A stretch of DNA of 64,000 bases, from NCBI RefSeq assembly GCF_009914755.1, contig NC_060925.1; one strand, written 5' to 3'. The DNA is from the human T2T-CHM13v2.0 reference genome, Homo sapiens. A program made the translations under genes and the position numbers. Below the pieces are notes generated by a model. It saw only the letters and a program-made list of their open reading frames with translations, was not told the DNA's origin and searched no databases. This document shows, one piece after another, positions 58,165 through 64,000 of this stretch. How positions within the stretch are numbered: the first letter of the stretch is position 1; every line of letters starts with the position of its first letter.

Positions 58165-58790
58165 CAAATATGAACATGGAAAAGTATACAGCTTAAATGT
58201 TCAATTTTATGAATTCATAAACTGAACACATCTAAACAGTACCTGGATTAAGAAACAGAACTATACCAGCACTTTAGAAGCTCTCTTCATGCTCCCTTCC
58301 AGTAACTTTTCTCACCACCCCGCAAAGGTAGCCATTATCCTGCTTTCTAGCAACATAGATTAGTTTTGCCCATTTTTGTACTTTATATAAATGGAATTAG
58401 ATGATGCATAAATACTCTTTGTGTCTGGCTTCTTTCACTCAACATTTTGTTTATGAAATTCATCCTACTGTTGCATGCAGTTGTCAACTATTCATTTTCA
58501 TTGTTGTATATTACTTTGTTTGAACATTTTATTTAGCCAATCTACTGTAGATGGGAATTTGAATAATTTCTAGTTTGGGCCCATTATGAACAAAACTCCT
58601 ATAATTATTCTTATATAAAACTTTTGGTAGAGATAAGTACTCAGTTCCTTTGAGTATACACTTAGAAGTGGAACTTCATATGTGTAGCATATGATATACT
58701 ATTCTGCATAATACCAAAAATTTTTTCAAGTACTTTACCATTTTACCATCCCATAGCAGTATATGCAAGTTCCAGTTGTTCCATGCTATA
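58165..58790 (-). mobile_element. Old L1M (ME-like) 3' fragment
   Basis: agattagttttgcccatttttgtactttatataaatggaa...tctggcttctttcactcaacatt. Confidence 0.85.
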
Positions 58791-61700
58791 TTTTGATTCT
58801 TGAGGGTGCTTTAATTTTGTCCTCTTCATAGCATAAGGGTACATTTGTGAAAATGCTTGCTCTCCTCCCTTCATAAAAGTTCCATGTGCATGGGTTTTTC
58901 TTTATACCTTCAATAGGAAATATGATCAAACATCCTTAAAATCAAAGAATTATTGGCTGAAGGAGCCCAGTGCCTTGTTACTTTCTCGTAATAAGCTCAG
59001 CTGTTGCATCTCAGATCCTAACTTGGGTACCATTTTTTCCTTTTTCTGTTCTGTATTCCTCTCAATCAATTGTTGATGTTTGGTTGCCTCCTACTACATT
59101 CTTCATGCTCTGAGTTCTAAGGAAGAGTGCTGTGAGTGCATGAAATGGTGGGATGTTTTGGTGGTAAGCATAGTCATGGAGACTGGCATGCCACGAGGAC
59201 ATTTAAATGACTAACCAGGAGAGCTGATCTTCTGTGTTAGAGTCCACACTGTGGCCCTGGAGCAGGAAATGGGCTATTTGGAGACAGCAAATAGTCATCT
59301 TAATTTTTTTTTCTATTTCTGGTGTCAGGTATTTTTGTTGGCTCTTTCTGACAGGGAAAGAGAAATAGACTTCTTGCTTTGCAAAGACCTTTATAGGAAA
59401 ACAGGACATGTTGAAGGACTAATCCTTCTCTCTGCCATTTCTTTCTATTTTACCAAGTCAAACCAGAGATGAGTGTTTGAGGCAGATGAGACATTTTCAT
59501 TCATTATCAGTGATAAAGAGTCTATCATGAATCCTGAGGCTCATAGAATGTTATAGCTTGCACACTGCTGAGCATAAAGTCAGCATATGATAAATGCATG
59601 TTGATTTAAGGATGACTCTTCAGGAGTCCTTACTGGTGTCAACTGAAAGACTGACTATAACTGAAAGTATTGAAAGGTAACTGAAGGCACTGAAAGACTG
59701 AGTGAATTCTTGGCCAGTTAGGTTTTTCCCACAGAATGGCCACATGATATAACAAATAGAACTTAAGCCAGGAGACCTGAGTTATAAGCAAATCCAATAT
59801 GCAACCAATTATTAAATTACTGAAACATTTTAGTTGGTTATTAGCTATAACATATTGGTTGGTTAATAGTAACTGAGCTAAGCATTAAACTCAATAAAAT
59901 AAAAATAAAATAATAATTAGTTGAAGCTCATTGTTGAAGATCTTACAATGACTATTGGTCAATAAGCCTTCAGTATTAGCATGATTTAGTTGATAACAAA
60001 CATTAAACATGATATGATATGAAATATCAATCTTGGTGTCTCAGCAGATACCAAGAGAGGATAAATAATCTTGTTTACATTTAAAAAAACTCTCTAGTAT
60101 TTGAAATCATAAATGTCTCACAGGTGTCATCCATGGAGGCTGCAGAGTAGTGGTGGTATGACAGAGATAGTTGGCTGAAGCACGAAGGCAGCAGAGTTTT
60201 TGGCTCACTGTTCTAAAGTATCTGAGTTTTGGCAAAGCAGGCAGTCAGGCAGATGGTGTTAGTGGCATTTCCAGTAATGGCAGTGTTAAAGGTAGCATTG
60301 TCAATGGGGCCTGGAGCGTAGGCTACGCAAGTCTTTGTGGGAAATGCTGACATGAAGGTGTATATACATAGTCCTGAATTGTGGGCAGAGTTCTCAGCTA
60401 TCTTCCAGCTGCAACAGTGCACCAGGAACTGGAACCTAATCATCATTAATCCAGTGGGAGAGGTTATTGGAAGAATTAGAGGCAGTTTCTTATGTCAAAA
60501 TCATGGCTCAGAAATACCATTTAGCTAGTGACATCCAAATCAAACAAATAATCATCCCAATAATTTCTGAAAATCATTTATACAAATCAACAGATGATTG
60601 GAATGTTATTAGTTCTGATGAATGATTTGGAGTTAACTTAGAAAAAAGTATTTAGCTTAACTTTTGAGTAACAACCCTAATTATAATCCTGACTTGGTCA
60701 TAAATTAATTGTGTGACAGTGAGGGAGTTGTTACGTGTCTCTTTATACTTCCTTAATATTTTCACTTGTAGTAAGATTAAGTTGGATTAGATAATCTATG
60801 GGACCCTTTCTGCTACAAAATTACTGTGATTTTTATGATGTGAGAACTTTATAGCCCATACTGGAAGATTTGGGCTTGGAAGTATAGCCCCTGAAGTTGC
60901 ATGGCTGTTTTTTGCAAGAAAGACTACTTGTTTCCAACTCCCTACCACTTCCCAGGCTCAGGGATGTGAAGTCTGAATTTCAGGAGAATCTTGCCTTTGG
61001 GGCTAAGCACACAGGAAGTGACTGATAAATACTTAAAAATTTTAAACCCTAAAACTCTGCTTAGTGGCAGGTGAATGCAGAAACCCTGCCCCAGCCTAAC
61101 CTGCAGGAGAGTCATAGTGCTACAAGCTACCCTGCTCCAGAGCATCTTTTGCTCTAGAGGTGGGGCCAAGAGGTAGCATTTCAGGCTGAAGATATAGCGT
61201 ATGCAATGGCTGAGAGGAGGGTGAGGAACATTTGGGGCTCCTGGTGGAGGATAATGAGTGAGAGAGCCAGCGGGGCTATGTAGGAGATCCATTCCCCTGT
61301 GGGATCCTTGAGTCAAGTTTTCCCTTATTTCCAGCTTGGGCTGGGACTGCCAAACTTGATAGGAGAACTAAGGGCATCTCCATGGGAAAGAGACCCCACA
61401 ATCATGCACAAAAATACGGGGCTGCAGTAGTTGTTTGAGTGGACATCAGTGTCAGGCTCCCCTAGGGGATATAAAACCACTGTTTCAGTGGTTAGTGGGG
61501 AACTGGCACCTTACGTTTTTCCAGGTAGGAGGATGAATAGAACTATCCTGATGATCCTGAAATTCTAGCCCAGCAGTCTGAAGCCCTGGGACCCACCCAG
61601 CCAATTAGAGGATTGTTGTGTATAAAAAACACAGGGGTGCTTGTTCTTATTCCCCTGACTTGGCCTGTGACAACTGTTTGTGCTCAGGAAAGGGAGAAAC

Positions 61701-62029
61701 ATCTCTTCTTCTCAGCAGGCAAACCAGGCCTTTAGGATCCATGGTATAAAGCTGAGGCAGGGCAGTGCTGGAACTTCCCATTTTCATGTCACACTTTCCC
61801 CTCATAGGAAGCAGGCAACTTACTACCAGTTCAGAGTCCTGGGGTGGGAGTCCCCCTTTGGTATCCAGAATGCTTCCACTTTGAAAAAGAGTGGCAAAGC
61901 CATTCAGGGTTTGGGATTAGGAGAGGACGAGCTTTTCTCCTCCTGGCCCCAAATTTATTTTAGGTTCACCACTGTGGTTTTTGTTCTTTCCAGCATCAAT
62001 CCCACATGTCAGTGAGTTCTTAGGGTCAG

Positions 62030-62200
62030 GCAACTAGAATTCTAGACTGTTCATGTTGGAATGGACCTTAGAAATATCTAAGTCACTCTTCCTCACTTTA
62101 CAGATGAGGAAACTGGGAGTCAAAGCAGGTGAGTGATTTGCCCATGCTCCACATTTAGCTAATAGTTAAGCTAGGACGAGGACCCAGGGCTACCTGTCTC
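62030..62200 (-). mobile_element. MIR/MIR3
   Basis: cactttacagatgaggaaactgg...agtgatttgccca. Confidence 0.75.
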
Positions 62201-63084
62201 CCAATCCCAGGTGACTTCTACCTGGGCCCTCAGGGAGCAATGTGCTGAAGTGACCTTTATCTAAAAATCACATATATCCATGCAGCCTCATGCTTTCCTT
62301 TCTGCAACCAACTTCCAATGTATATTTATGGGGATGAGATGTAATTGAGATTTGAGGGACAGCCTGAGGCCAAAGAATGGAGTCAGACGAATAGGATATA
62401 CAGTGCTCACACCTAGTCTCATGCTAAATGAGGAAGGCTGGAGCTAGAAGCCCTGCGGGCCAACTTACCCCCACCCAGAAACTGAAGCACCAGGGATGCT
62501 TTGGTTCCCTTCTGCACCAGGTTGTGCCTTTATCACCGCTCCCTTGTCTTCCACCAAGGCTGCTATGTGTTAATTCACCTACACATATTTCCAAATTGGA
62601 AACTCATTTTTGTTTCCCTGGCTTCTCGTCATTCGTGTTCCCAGAGATGTGCTGAGAAGGTTTATGTGGCCTCATCTGTTAACGAGAAGGTGATGCTAGT
62701 TTCAGGTTTGTGAAACCAGGCCTGAGGTACTAGTGTTGTGATGTGTGTGTATGTGTGTGTGTAGGTGGGTGGCGCGGGGGTGTAGTGTGTGTTAGATAGC
62801 CTGAACAGGCCTTGAGAAAAAGATAAAAGGCCGGCAAAAGACCTCTCTGGTTGAATTTATCTTAAGTGAGCAATGCTAGAAGCTGCCCAGATTGGCTCTT
62901 TCTTGCTTGTGTGTTTGTTTTTTAAGTCTAGGCTGACGCCTGAGAGTGGCCTTTGGCATCCTTCCTGCCAGTAAAAGAGCCTTTCTCTGGGTAAAACAGA
63001 AACTCATCTGCCCCTTGAGCCCTCTTGGTTGTGCCAAATAGGGAAAAAGAGAATGCAAAACTCAAAGAATATTCAATGAACACT

Positions 63085-63690
<606 letters not shown>

Positions 63691-63727
63691 TGGAGTGTGA
63701 GACTCAAGGAATGTCAGGGCAGAGGAA

Positions 63728-63900
63728 ACCCAGATTCATGGACCAGCCACGAATGGGCTACAGAGACCCGTGAATCCCCTGAAATTGCATCCCAAACTTA
63801 ATGTGTGAAGACAAAAGTACATTTGCAAAATGAAAAATGTTTTCTATTATCAGATGCTCAAAAGACTCTGTGACCAGTTCTAGAAAAGACTAAGAATGGT
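63728..63900. mobile_element. hAT-Charlie relic (MER103C-like)
   Basis: cccgtgaatcccctgaaattgcat...atcagatgctcaaaagactctgtgacc. Confidence 0.65.
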
Positions 63901-64000
63901 GGATTTAATCTAATCTTGTACAAATGAGGAAACTGAGGTTTAGGGAGATAAAGTGATGGGAGGAAACATGTTTGAAAAGACTATTAGCAGACCTAACCAG

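Noticed and set aside
59388-59397. Isolated CArG box CCTTTATAGG
   Set aside because: A single 10-bp degenerate motif is expected several times by chance in 64 kb.
61600-61630. CCAAT followed by TATAAA
   Set aside because: Spacing is too short for a canonical promoter; may be an old LTR relic or chance.

Overview
Human (primate) genomic DNA from the 5' part of DDR2 (discoidin domain receptor tyrosine kinase 2, 1q23.3), transcribed on the + strand. The only protein-coding sequence is the first coding exon (57031-57139; ATG at 57058), which encodes the signal peptide [27 protein letters not shown]. An 80-nt cassette exon at 43043-43122 fits the alternative DDR2 5'UTR exon. The rest is intronic and rich in Alu, L1, L2, MIR, CR1/L3, MaLR/ERVL LTR and hAT relics; the other ORFs in the track are repeat-derived or look like chance frames. 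I see no new multi-gene system. The best observations are: (1) including the 80-nt exon creates a 36-codon upstream ORF whose stop overlaps the DDR2 start (AUGA), with an in-frame Met7 available as a fallback start; (2) a multi-template insertion inside an L1; (3) atypical Alu insertions (a candidate 3' transduction, a tailless Alu with TSDs, and a doubly truncated fragment); (4) a perfect 26-bp palindrome within an enhancer-like motif cluster; (5) an old ~145-bp duplication that keeps an identical 19-mer with a PBX-HOX motif. Repeat subfamily names and boundaries come from recognition by eye and are approximate.
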